Shown piece by piece: positions 34,736 to 43,523 of a DNA stretch of 64,000 nucleotides. The stretch lies in the IMG/VR virus record IMGVR_UViG_3300042892_004104, one strand, 5' to 3'. The position numbers and the translations under genes were made by a program. Position 1 is the first letter of the stretch. Every line of letters begins with the position of its first letter. Source of the DNA: a virus (lineage: Duplodnaviria; Heunggongvirae; Uroviricota; Caudoviricetes). Below the pieces are notes generated by a model. That model made no database searches. It worked only from the letters and a program-made list of their open reading frames with translations, and was not told where the DNA came from.

Positions 34736-35422
34736 ATGAATGTTAGACTTATCTCCTCTTCAGAACCCACTGCAGAATTTACCAACCAGGGCATCAGCGA
34801 TGCCCAAGAGCTCATTGCGTATTGTGCCCGTGTCAGCAATCCTGCCAATCAGTTCAACACAGACACATCAGAAAAACTCATCCGATACTTGGTCAAACAC
34901 CAGCACTGGAGTCCACTCGAGATGGTCAGTGCCTGCATGGAAATTGTCACCACCAGAGACATTGCCCGACAGATTCTACGTCACAGAAGTTTCAGCTTCC
35001 AGGAGTTCAGTCAGAGATATGCTGATCCTACAGCTGAACTTGATGAAGCGTTTGTGCTACGTGAGGCAAGATTCCAGGACACAAAGAATCGACAGAACAG
35101 TGTAGAGCTAGACATGAGTGACGAAGCACAAAAGCTCCTGGCCATTGAATGGGAACGTGCTCAGAAGCGTGTGCTGTTCAGCGTCAAACAAGAATACTCC
35201 TGGGCCATTGCCAATGGCATTGCCAAAGAACAGGCTCGGGCTGTGCTGCCAGAAGGACTAACTGTGAGTCGCATGTACATGAACGGTACCTTGCGCAGCT
35301 GGATTCATTACATTGAGCTTCGTGCCAGCAACGGTACTCAAAAAGAACACATGGACATTGCTCGTGCTTGCGCCCAGGCCATTGCAGCAATTTTTCCAAT
35401 GACCTCGACACTGATAAAATAA
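34736..35422 (+). CDS. thyX: flavin-dependent thymidylate synthase
   Basis: ThyX signature RHRSFSFQEFSQRYAD (RHRxxSxxxxSxRY). Confidence 0.85.
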   Translation: MNVRLISSSEPTAEFTNQGISDAQELIAYCARVSNPANQFNTDTSEKLIRYLVKHQHWSPLEMVSACMEIVTTRDIARQILRHRSFSFQEFSQRYADPTAELDEAFVLREARFQDTKNRQNSVELDMSDEAQKLLAIEWERAQKRVLFSVKQEYSWAIANGIAKEQARAVLPEGLTVSRMYMNGTLRSWIHYIELRASNGTQKEHMDIARACAQAIAAIFPMTSTLIK

Positions 35423-35433
35423 TCTGCTATAAT
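35405..35433 (+). promoter_or_regulatory. sigma70-like promoter TCGACA-17-TATAAT within the thyX 3' end
   Basis: Read directly. Confidence 0.45.
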
Positions 35434-35438
35434 GTGTT

Positions 35439-35774
35439 ATGGCAATGGTACATAACAAACAAGACGAATACAAGCACTGGCGTGCTGCCGAAACAAAAAT
35501 TTTGGACAACAAGCCAGTGCGTTTTCGTGACGTGTGTGTGCATGAAATTAGAATGGGTGATGTAGAGGATCCGGACATATATGTTGCTGCACCAATCTGG
35601 GAATGGCAACAAACAGACGCAGGCAAGTTTGTGATGGAGCATGCTGTATCAAAACCTTACTGGACTCATCATATGGATCACACAGGCTACCATCAGGTGT
35701 ATCGTATCGTGGCACGACTCAGCGAATCCAACGAAACTTTTTGGAGGCTCAAATATGTGGACACAAAAAATTGA
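35439..35774 (+). CDS. hypothetical protein (111 aa)
   Basis: ORF. Confidence 0.55.
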   Translation: MAMVHNKQDEYKHWRAAETKILDNKPVRFRDVCVHEIRMGDVEDPDIYVAAPIWEWQQTDAGKFVMEHAVSKPYWTHHMDHTGYHQVYRIVARLSESNETFWRLKYVDTKN

Positions 35775-36030
35775 ATATGTAGATGCTGAAGTCACACTGC
35801 CGCCGCCTGTGAAGAAACAAGTGTGGGATGGTGAACAGTTTGTGCCAATCACACTGTACAAGATAAAAGGGTGGCCAGGTATGGCTGCAGAAAACTGGCT
35901 GCTCACGAGTTTTGGACACGCAGGAACATATCGAGACGGAAGATACTGGGAATACAGCAGAGCCGGAGACTTTACTGTGATGGATGAAAAAGTGTATACA
36001 TGGTATCAAATGAAATGGGGCAACCAATGA
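35755..36030 (+). CDS. hypothetical protein (91 aa)
   Basis: GGAGG SD 8 nt upstream of the ATG. Confidence 0.5.
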   Translation: MWTQKIEYVDAEVTLPPPVKKQVWDGEQFVPITLYKIKGWPGMAAENWLLTSFGHAGTYRDGRYWEYSRAGDFTVMDEKVYTWYQMKWGNQ

Positions 36031-36995
36031 AAGTATTGATAACCGGCGGACTAGGGCTGATTGGGCACAATGTGGCGGCTCGTTTGCAGCAGCGCAATGA
36101 CACAGTGAGCATTGTGGATAGCCAAACCACCTACGGTATTATTCCGCGTGAAGAAGTTGACTATTTGATTGGTGAACGTCTTAAAAAACTAGCACCATGT
36201 AGTCACTATCACGACTACATTGAAAATGCAGATCGTATGGATGCCATTATTGGTAAAGAGACACCAGAGGTAATCATACACTGTGCCAGCTTTCCCAGAC
36301 AAAAAGTAGTCAATGCCAACCCTGCATTGGCTGCTGATGTCATGATGCGTGGTCTAATCAATCTTCTTGAGAGTGCCAAAAAACACCAGGTCCGCCGCTT
36401 TGTGTACATGTCCAGCAGCATGGTCTACGGCGACTTTGAAGATCAAGTGTTAGAGGACGACGAGTGCAGGCCGCAAGGACAGTATGGTATCATGAAGCTG
36501 GCCGGTGAATGGTTGGTCAAAGATTATGCTCGCAGAACCGGCATGGAGTATGTGATACTTCGTCCCAGTGCTGTGTACGGACCGCTCGATGTGGAGGATC
36601 GTGTGGTGGCCAAGTTCATGCTGACCGCCATGCGTGGCGGTGTGCTGAAAGTCAATGGTGCAGGCGAAACACTGGACTTTACCTATGTGGATGATGCTGC
36701 CGATGGTGTGGTTGCTGCTGCAACTAGAATCATGAGTGCCAACCGAACATACAACATTACCAAATCACATTCAGTGAGTTTGTTACAAGCAGCCGAAATG
36801 ATTGTGAAGATCGTGGGTTCTGGTACCATTGAATGTCGAGATCGAGATGCAGACTTTCCCAGTCGTGGCGCATTAAACATCGATCGTGCAAGAACCATAC
36901 TGGGCTTTGATCCCCGAGTAGACGTTGAACAAGGATTCCAAAATTACTATGAGTGGCTTTCAAATAGCGTTTACTGGTCTACAAAGACAGTATAA
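36027..36995 (+). CDS. NAD-dependent epimerase/dehydratase (extended SDR family)
   Basis: MKVLITGGLGLIGHN Rossmann motif, catalytic YGIMK (YxxxK). Confidence 0.8.
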   Translation: MKVLITGGLGLIGHNVAARLQQRNDTVSIVDSQTTYGIIPREEVDYLIGERLKKLAPCSHYHDYIENADRMDAIIGKETPEVIIHCASFPRQKVVNANPALAADVMMRGLINLLESAKKHQVRRFVYMSSSMVYGDFEDQVLEDDECRPQGQYGIMKLAGEWLVKDYARRTGMEYVILRPSAVYGPLDVEDRVVAKFMLTAMRGGVLKVNGAGETLDFTYVDDAADGVVAAATRIMSANRTYNITKSHSVSLLQAAEMIVKIVGSGTIECRDRDADFPSRGALNIDRARTILGFDPRVDVEQGFQNYYEWLSNSVYWSTKTV

Positions 36996-38034
36996 TAATC
37001 TCAGAGAGGAGATACTGGATGCAACGGACCAGGTTCTAGCATCTGGCAATCTCATGAACGGCCAGTTCACTCAACAGTTTGAGGAATGGTTGGCTCAAAA
37101 AAATCATTCGAATTATGCAGTACTGTGCCATTCGGGTACACAGGCTCTGGAGATACTGGCTGGCTATTACCGCACAGAGCATAGCCTGCATCCCCAGCCA
37201 ACACCACCTACAGTGTTAATTCCTGCCATGACATTTCCTGCCAGTGCAAATGCATTTGTACGAGCAGGATGGAACATACACTTGGTTGACACCGATGCCA
37301 ATGGCAACATGCAATTTAGAGATAAACCACCACACCTGAGTTACGAAGCCATACTTGGCATTGGATTGTATGGCGCAGCATTGTCTGATAGTCTACGCCG
37401 TGTTAGCCACCTGATAATTGAAGATGCAGCACAACACTGGTTGTCTGACCGTTGCCATCGTGTGGGCGAAGCCAGTGCTATCAGTTTTGATCCCATGAAA
37501 AATCTAAACAACTACGGCAACGGTGGTGCCGTAGTCACCAACGACCGCAATCTAAGTGACTATGCTCGTAACTGGAGTGACAACGGTAAACGATCTGGTC
37601 ATACACAAACAGGCACTAACTCACGCATGAGCGAAGTAGACTGTGCGCAAATGATGGTCAAGACTGTGTATCTAGATGCGTGGCAAGCTCGCAGGGAAAA
37701 AATTGCACTGCGCTACATAGACGCATTTGGTAAAGCACCGTTTCGTTGTTTGATCGACGATTCAAATGTGTCTACTCACTGTTTTCACAAATTTGTTATT
37801 GATACCAGCAATCGGGATCAACTGCAAGCAGATCTGAAGTCTGCGGGCATAGAGACTCGAGTACATTACCAACATCCATTGCACGAACTGGCGGCATATC
37901 AACAGTATGCTGGACCTAGTATTCTTAGTGCTGCAAGTTCATTGAGTAGACGAGCACTGAGTCTGCCTATCTATCCTGAGCTCACAGACTCAGAAGTAGA
38001 ATACATTATTAGTTCGGTACTAGACTGCGTTTGA
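36949..38034 (+). CDS. DegT/DnrJ/EryC1-type PLP-dependent sugar aminotransferase
   Basis: N-terminal FTGLQRQY...EIL...VL.SG, active-site Lys in ISFDPMKNL. Confidence 0.8.
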   Translation: MSGFQIAFTGLQRQYNNLREEILDATDQVLASGNLMNGQFTQQFEEWLAQKNHSNYAVLCHSGTQALEILAGYYRTEHSLHPQPTPPTVLIPAMTFPASANAFVRAGWNIHLVDTDANGNMQFRDKPPHLSYEAILGIGLYGAALSDSLRRVSHLIIEDAAQHWLSDRCHRVGEASAISFDPMKNLNNYGNGGAVVTNDRNLSDYARNWSDNGKRSGHTQTGTNSRMSEVDCAQMMVKTVYLDAWQARREKIALRYIDAFGKAPFRCLIDDSNVSTHCFHKFVIDTSNRDQLQADLKSAGIETRVHYQHPLHELAAYQQYAGPSILSAASSLSRRALSLPIYPELTDSEVEYIISSVLDCV

Positions 38035-40207
38035 TAAAAGCATAACTAGCTAGCCACTCCCACTCGTAGCTTTTCTTCAGCGCATCAAAGTTGCCGTTGA
38101 CTGCATCGTAGTAATTCACAGCATCCTCTGCACCCCATCGGCTCCACTGAGGATCTGCTTCGTCGCTGTTGACATCAAGCCATTTGCCTAACCGATATTC
38201 ACTTTCCACATCAGGCAAGCTGGCTTTCAATTTGATACATTCACGAAACGCTGTGCGCCAGCTTGACCACGGTGAAGTGTTATAGTGTGCCACGCCACTC
38301 AAGATAGGCACCACTTCATGCGGTGAGTCCAGTGTGAAGTCCAGGCCTATACCCGGGTTATCCAATACTAATTGCCGGTTGTATGCAATCATGGCCTGGT
38401 GTCCGTATACTAGGCCATTAACAGGATTCTGGGCATGGAAGATGTAGTGCTTGGCCTGTTGCATGCGATCAGGTTGCCAAGTAAAGTCAAAGTCAATGTC
38501 CACTTCCAGCTTGGCAAACACAGCAAAGAACCAGGGTGTGGTGCTGGCCTCAGCTGCTGCATGATATGCTGCTGCACGACCATTGATGTTGCTCACACGC
38601 ACCAGGCGATTAGCCTTGGGCAACAAACTCAATCTTTTGTAATGTTGCTCAGCATTGGGTTCACCGTTGGAGATGAACACAATATCCTGTAGCTGATCCT
38701 TTAGCATGCAGTGCGTCTTGTCTACATAGGGATAATCATATAGCTGCGTCTTGATGTAGGGTATGGCCGTTCGAGGTACAACCACACTGCTGGCACCAGG
38801 ATTCAACGGAACTATGGTCTTGGTTTGTTCTCTCCATAGTGGCACAGTGACCAAGTTTGTGCTCATGTAGTCGGACTGTGTGAACACTGCCAGTGGACCG
38901 GCAAAGTTTCGGGTACGAACCACATCCACATGACTGTCTTGATCGTGTTGTACTACGGGCATGGGTCTGCGAGGTACACCAACACTGACAAAATTGCAAT
39001 CATACCATTCCAGCAATTCCTTGCGTTCTGCATACTCAGCAAAGGTAGGCACATGCATGAAGAATGTGTCTCCAAACTTTTCTGTATCACTTGCAAACAC
39101 ATGCAGCATTGTGGCTTGCCATTGTTCGGGATGCCACGAGAAGTCAAAGTCAGTGTAATCACAGATGCTGCTGCATACCCAGACATATTCATGTTCTGTG
39201 CCTATGCTCTTGGCCAAGCGTATCAAGGTATCTCTATAGTTGTCAAAGTATCGCACTCGACGAGTGATGTTGGGTATCTGTCCAGCGGCGCCATCCATGT
39301 GATCAATTTCGTATATGGCTGTGGCTTTGCCCACTGTGCGAATTTTTAGTTCAGCAAGGTACTTGACTTCTACCGCACCGGGCACACGATAAACAGGTCC
39401 GCCAGTCTTTTGATGTTGTGTAGCAAACTGATACACATAGGGCGGTTCTCCAGGATCAGGTACCCAGCTAAAGTCTACACCAGCAGGATCAACTGAATCA
39501 GGCACAGTCCATCTAGCAGAGTTTGCTAGCAAACTAGCACGTGGCCATGCAACATACTTGCGTTCAGTTGCGCCTGGCACACGATACTCCACAGTGGGCA
39601 TGATCTCTGCTGGCCACCACTGGTTGCCAAACACATAGATGTAAGGAACATCTCCAGGATCAGGTACCCATGAATAGTCCATGTCGCTGTTGACCACGTT
39701 GTACCAGGGTCGATTGGGATTTTGTGTCAGCTCAGCTCTTGGTGTTGTCATGTACTTGCGTTCAGTTGCACCCGGCACATGATATTCTACTGTGGGCATG
39801 ATCTCTGCTGGCCACCACTGGTTGCCAAACACATAGATGTAAGGAGGATCATGCGGATGTGGTGCCCAGGAGTAATCAAACTCTGCGTTTGACATTGCAG
39901 TATAGAAATGCATAGTCGAACTTTTGTTTGGAATAATTCGATCATGAAAGTGATATTTGATCTCGCCGCCCCTGGGCACAAGGTATGTGCCCGAATACTC
40001 ATGATGTTGACTGGGCCATGTGTGAGTGTACTCGCTTTGCCAAGGCACAGGTTGAAAATCCCAATCATGTGTGCTATAATCAGCTAAGTATGTGATCCAC
40101 CAGAAATACCTAGTACGACTCAGAGTCTGCGCATGCTCAATGCTGTCAGCTTCCTGCTCATGCACAAACAAGTTGGGTTTCTTTCCAGAATAAAATACGT
40201 CAAACAT
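38009..40207 (-). CDS. large repeat-containing hypothetical protein (732 aa) with 4-5 copies of a D(F/Y)SW.P.P motif and two near-identical ~55-aa repeats
   Basis: YIYVFGNQWWPAEIMPTVEY.VPGATERKY occurs twice; DNA-level repeat at 39.4-39.9 kb. Confidence 0.7.
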   Translation of the reverse strand: MFDVFYSGKKPNLFVHEQEADSIEHAQTLSRTRYFWWITYLADYSTHDWDFQPVPWQSEYTHTWPSQHHEYSGTYLVPRGGEIKYHFHDRIIPNKSSTMHFYTAMSNAEFDYSWAPHPHDPPYIYVFGNQWWPAEIMPTVEYHVPGATERKYMTTPRAELTQNPNRPWYNVVNSDMDYSWVPDPGDVPYIYVFGNQWWPAEIMPTVEYRVPGATERKYVAWPRASLLANSARWTVPDSVDPAGVDFSWVPDPGEPPYVYQFATQHQKTGGPVYRVPGAVEVKYLAELKIRTVGKATAIYEIDHMDGAAGQIPNITRRVRYFDNYRDTLIRLAKSIGTEHEYVWVCSSICDYTDFDFSWHPEQWQATMLHVFASDTEKFGDTFFMHVPTFAEYAERKELLEWYDCNFVSVGVPRRPMPVVQHDQDSHVDVVRTRNFAGPLAVFTQSDYMSTNLVTVPLWREQTKTIVPLNPGASSVVVPRTAIPYIKTQLYDYPYVDKTHCMLKDQLQDIVFISNGEPNAEQHYKRLSLLPKANRLVRVSNINGRAAAYHAAAEASTTPWFFAVFAKLEVDIDFDFTWQPDRMQQAKHYIFHAQNPVNGLVYGHQAMIAYNRQLVLDNPGIGLDFTLDSPHEVVPILSGVAHYNTSPWSSWRTAFRECIKLKASLPDVESEYRLGKWLDVNSDEADPQWSRWGAEDAVNYYDAVNGNFDALKKSYEWEWLASYAFIKRSLVPN

Positions 40208-40209
40208 TA

Positions 40210-41337
40210 ATGATTAGAATAGATGAAATTTACAACAACACATTCTGGCCCTGGCTGAAGGCTAACCGTCCTGGTTTTAGAGCATTCTTTTGCGAACCGT
40301 TTGGACGCAGTGATCCTGCCAGTGTGATGAATTATGGCAGAGATGACATACATGAACACAATTATATATTCTTTTTTGACCAAGAGCCAATAAATTTGGA
40401 CATACACATGCCTACTTTTGCAAGAGTAGTTGTTTGTAATGTAGATATATTAAAAAATACAAGCATACAACAGCTAGTGATGTTACATAATCTCGGATAT
40501 CTTGTAACCAGCGAAAAAAACAGCGACAATGTTGCTGCTTTGTGCAAACAGCATTGGTGGACGCCTTTGTATTATTTCTTTCACGGTTGGGCAGCACTAG
40601 ATTGGTATCGAGGTTACGATAAAACTTTCTTGATCCAGCCGGCGTCTGAGCGTGTTATTACAAAGACATTCATTGCACCTAATCGAATTATAGCAGGAGA
40701 GCGACAACACCGGCTGGAGATGCTGTACCACATCTTTAAGAACGGAATGGCACACAATCATATCAGCTGCCCTTCTGTGTGTCCTTCAGAAAATATCAGC
40801 ATACTAGATGCTGTAAAACCATTGTCAAACAAGTATCCTGATATAGAATCAGTGTTTGCCGCACAAACTTTGCCTATAAATTTTGCCAACGAAACTGATC
40901 ATCCCATGCACTCGTGTTGGCTCAGCTTGTTTGATGAGTCAGCTGAAAGCCTGTTGTACTTGGTTACAGAAACTGTGGCCACAGGCCAACGACTTCACTT
41001 GACTGAAAAAACATTCAAACCCATTGCCCTGGGCATGCCGTTTGTAATTGTGGGCACCAAGGGCAGTCTGGAGTATTTGCGCAGTTACGGATTTCAAACA
41101 TTTGGAGATATCTGGGACGAGAGCTATGATTCTGCAGACGATGATGTACGTATAGAACGCATTACTAGCCTGTTACGTAGTCTCGACGAGTTGCCTGCTG
41201 AAGCCAAACAAGACCTGTTTGAGCAGTGTCACCAAGTCATAGAACACAACTGGAATCACTTTTATAGGGGTGGATTTGAAGCTGTGTTATGGCAAGAACT
41301 AAATGAGATGCTAAATGGAATTAAATCTAATAGCTGA
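40210..41337 (+). CDS. GT10-like glycosyltransferase (alpha-1,3-fucosyltransferase-like C-terminal motif), paralog 1
   Basis: HLTEKTFKPIALGMPFVIVG resembles the GT10 YxTEKxW...VPVVLG motif. Confidence 0.6.
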   Translation: MIRIDEIYNNTFWPWLKANRPGFRAFFCEPFGRSDPASVMNYGRDDIHEHNYIFFFDQEPINLDIHMPTFARVVVCNVDILKNTSIQQLVMLHNLGYLVTSEKNSDNVAALCKQHWWTPLYYFFHGWAALDWYRGYDKTFLIQPASERVITKTFIAPNRIIAGERQHRLEMLYHIFKNGMAHNHISCPSVCPSENISILDAVKPLSNKYPDIESVFAAQTLPINFANETDHPMHSCWLSLFDESAESLLYLVTETVATGQRLHLTEKTFKPIALGMPFVIVGTKGSLEYLRSYGFQTFGDIWDESYDSADDDVRIERITSLLRSLDELPAEAKQDLFEQCHQVIEHNWNHFYRGGFEAVLWQELNEMLNGIKSNS

Positions 41338-42496
41338 TCGCGTTGATAAAGGACGCATCTATCCTGCACTTGCTACTCACCAAGCAAGGCCTTACACACA
41401 GAGCTGGCGTGAGTTTGATCTGCATTTTCCCTACACCATTCCCTTACGACTGCAAGAATACTGTGACCATCATGAAGTCAAAATCAACATTCATTACATT
41501 CACAACAACTTGCCAGCCAATACGTTTTACCCAATAGGTCTGAGCTTTTTCAATTTTAGCATTGATTATTTTACTTTGTTGCCTGCTGAAATTTTTACTG
41601 CTGTGTGCCAGAAGAAAATTCGTGTGTTGTTTTACTATCACGAAGGGGACAATCCTGCCAGGATCAAACAAAGATTGGACAAATTAGCTGTACAAGTACG
41701 ACTACCAGCCAACTGTTATATTTTTGTTAGTGCTAACTCTGCTGCACGAGATATTCCAGGCTTTGTGTACTTCAATGACTTTGAACTTTGGTACTATCAG
41801 CGCAACCGTGAACAAGCACCTCTGGCCATACATTCTAAACCAAGAGAACGTGAATTCACTGTGTTAAATCGACTACACAAAAGCTGGAGAGCCACTGCAA
41901 TGGCAGATTTGTCACGAACAGGTGTGCTGGACCGCAGTTACTGGAGCTACTGCGAAACTGGTGAGTTAGATAACGACAACCCCATTGAGATAGACGCTGT
42001 ACCCGGACTGCGTGAAGCCACTGTGAAGTTTCTTGGCCAGGCACCTTATGTCAGCGACGAACTTGATCAGGACAGCCGCAACAATCATTCTGAAACTGAA
42101 TCCAAATATCACGTCAACAGTTATTGCAACATTGTGATGGAAACACACTGGGACGCAGATCAGTCCGGTGGCGCATTCTTAACTGAAAAAACTTTCAAGC
42201 CAATCAAGCACGGACAACTGTTCTTTGTTGCCGGTCCTGCGGGCAGTTTACAAGCTCTGCGTGATCTAGGCTACAAGACCTTTGACACAGTGTTGGACAC
42301 CATGTATGATCGCATTGAGGATAACACCCAACGCTGGATACGCCTATGTGATGCAGTTGCTCAGGCACGGCATAGATTGGCAGATCGGTTTGAAACTGCA
42401 CGAGCAGACATAGAACACAACCAACAGTTATTTGCCGAACTCAAGACGCAGCGTTTAAATAGCTTGATCAAGGACATTCATGAGCAATACAATTAA
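41315..42496 (+). CDS. GT10-like glycosyltransferase, paralog 2
   Basis: FLTEKTFKPIKHGQLFFVAG; alignable with paralog 1. Confidence 0.6.
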   Translation: MELNLIADRVDKGRIYPALATHQARPYTQSWREFDLHFPYTIPLRLQEYCDHHEVKINIHYIHNNLPANTFYPIGLSFFNFSIDYFTLLPAEIFTAVCQKKIRVLFYYHEGDNPARIKQRLDKLAVQVRLPANCYIFVSANSAARDIPGFVYFNDFELWYYQRNREQAPLAIHSKPREREFTVLNRLHKSWRATAMADLSRTGVLDRSYWSYCETGELDNDNPIEIDAVPGLREATVKFLGQAPYVSDELDQDSRNNHSETESKYHVNSYCNIVMETHWDADQSGGAFLTEKTFKPIKHGQLFFVAGPAGSLQALRDLGYKTFDTVLDTMYDRIEDNTQRWIRLCDAVAQARHRLADRFETARADIEHNQQLFAELKTQRLNSLIKDIHEQYN

Positions 42497-43523
42497 TTCA
42501 TACACCAGCTGGCAACCACTTGAAGAAGTGATTGTGGGGCAAGCATACACACCTGACTATTTTGATTTTATCGAAAACCCACAGGTGCGCAATCAACTGC
42601 AACAGATCTTGTCGGAAACAGCCGAAGATCTAGACAACTTGCAAAAAACCATTGAGAAGTTTGGTGCTCGAGTGCGGCGTCCTGATCTGCCCAACAAACA
42701 CAATTTCCAACAACAACAAATCACAGGGGACGGCGCGCCGCTGCCGCCGCTGACGCCACGTGACTGGCAGATCACTCTAGGCAACAAACTGTTACGTGTG
42801 TTGCCCATGCAAGAGCTTGACGCAGTTTGTGCCGAGTACGAAGCAGCTGATCCTGGCAGTGTGATTAATCCTCATGGACCGTCAGGCTGGGATGAAAACT
42901 GTATTCTAAATGGTGCCAGTGCCAGTTGTATTGTGCGAGTGGGTCGCGATGTGTTCTTTGACAACTCAGACTTCCTAAAACCTGAACAATCACGCTGGAT
43001 TGTGGACAATGTACTGGGTCCTGAGTACCGCATACACGAAGCTATCACCGACGGGCATGGCGATGCTGTGTTTGCTATACTCAAGCCTGGTGTGTTGTTG
43101 AGCAGCAAGCACGATGTGAATCTAAATCTTGCAGCAGATTTTCCTGGCTGGGACGTTTGCAAGATTTGGGATAGCTCAATCTGGGCTGCTATGGAAGTGG
43201 GCAAGTTCAAATACGAACAAAGCCCTGGTGCATGGTATGTGCAAGGACAAACACCCACAGCAGAGTTTACAGACTTTGTAAACACCTATCTAACCAAGTG
43301 GACAGGTTTTGTTGCTGAGACTGTGTTTGATGTCAACTGTCTTGTGCTAGACGAAAGTCACGTTATCTTTAGTGCCTATAACCGAGAAGTGTTTGACTAC
43401 TGTCGTAAGCACAAGATTGAACCTATCATTAGTGAACTGCGTCACAGCTACTTCTGGGATGGCGGCATCAGTTGCTGTACTCAAGACATTCGCCGACGTG
43501 GCGGGCTAGAAACTTACTTTTAA
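42480..43523 (+). CDS. amidinotransferase/deiminase-superfamily protein (pentein fold)
   Basis: C-terminal FWDGGGISCCTQ resembles the catalytic-Cys motif of amidinotransferases and arginine deiminases. Confidence 0.5.
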   Translation: MSNTINSYTSWQPLEEVIVGQAYTPDYFDFIENPQVRNQLQQILSETAEDLDNLQKTIEKFGARVRRPDLPNKHNFQQQQITGDGAPLPPLTPRDWQITLGNKLLRVLPMQELDAVCAEYEAADPGSVINPHGPSGWDENCILNGASASCIVRVGRDVFFDNSDFLKPEQSRWIVDNVLGPEYRIHEAITDGHGDAVFAILKPGVLLSSKHDVNLNLAADFPGWDVCKIWDSSIWAAMEVGKFKYEQSPGAWYVQGQTPTAEFTDFVNTYLTKWTGFVAETVFDVNCLVLDESHVIFSAYNREVFDYCRKHKIEPIISELRHSYFWDGGISCCTQDIRRRGGLETYF

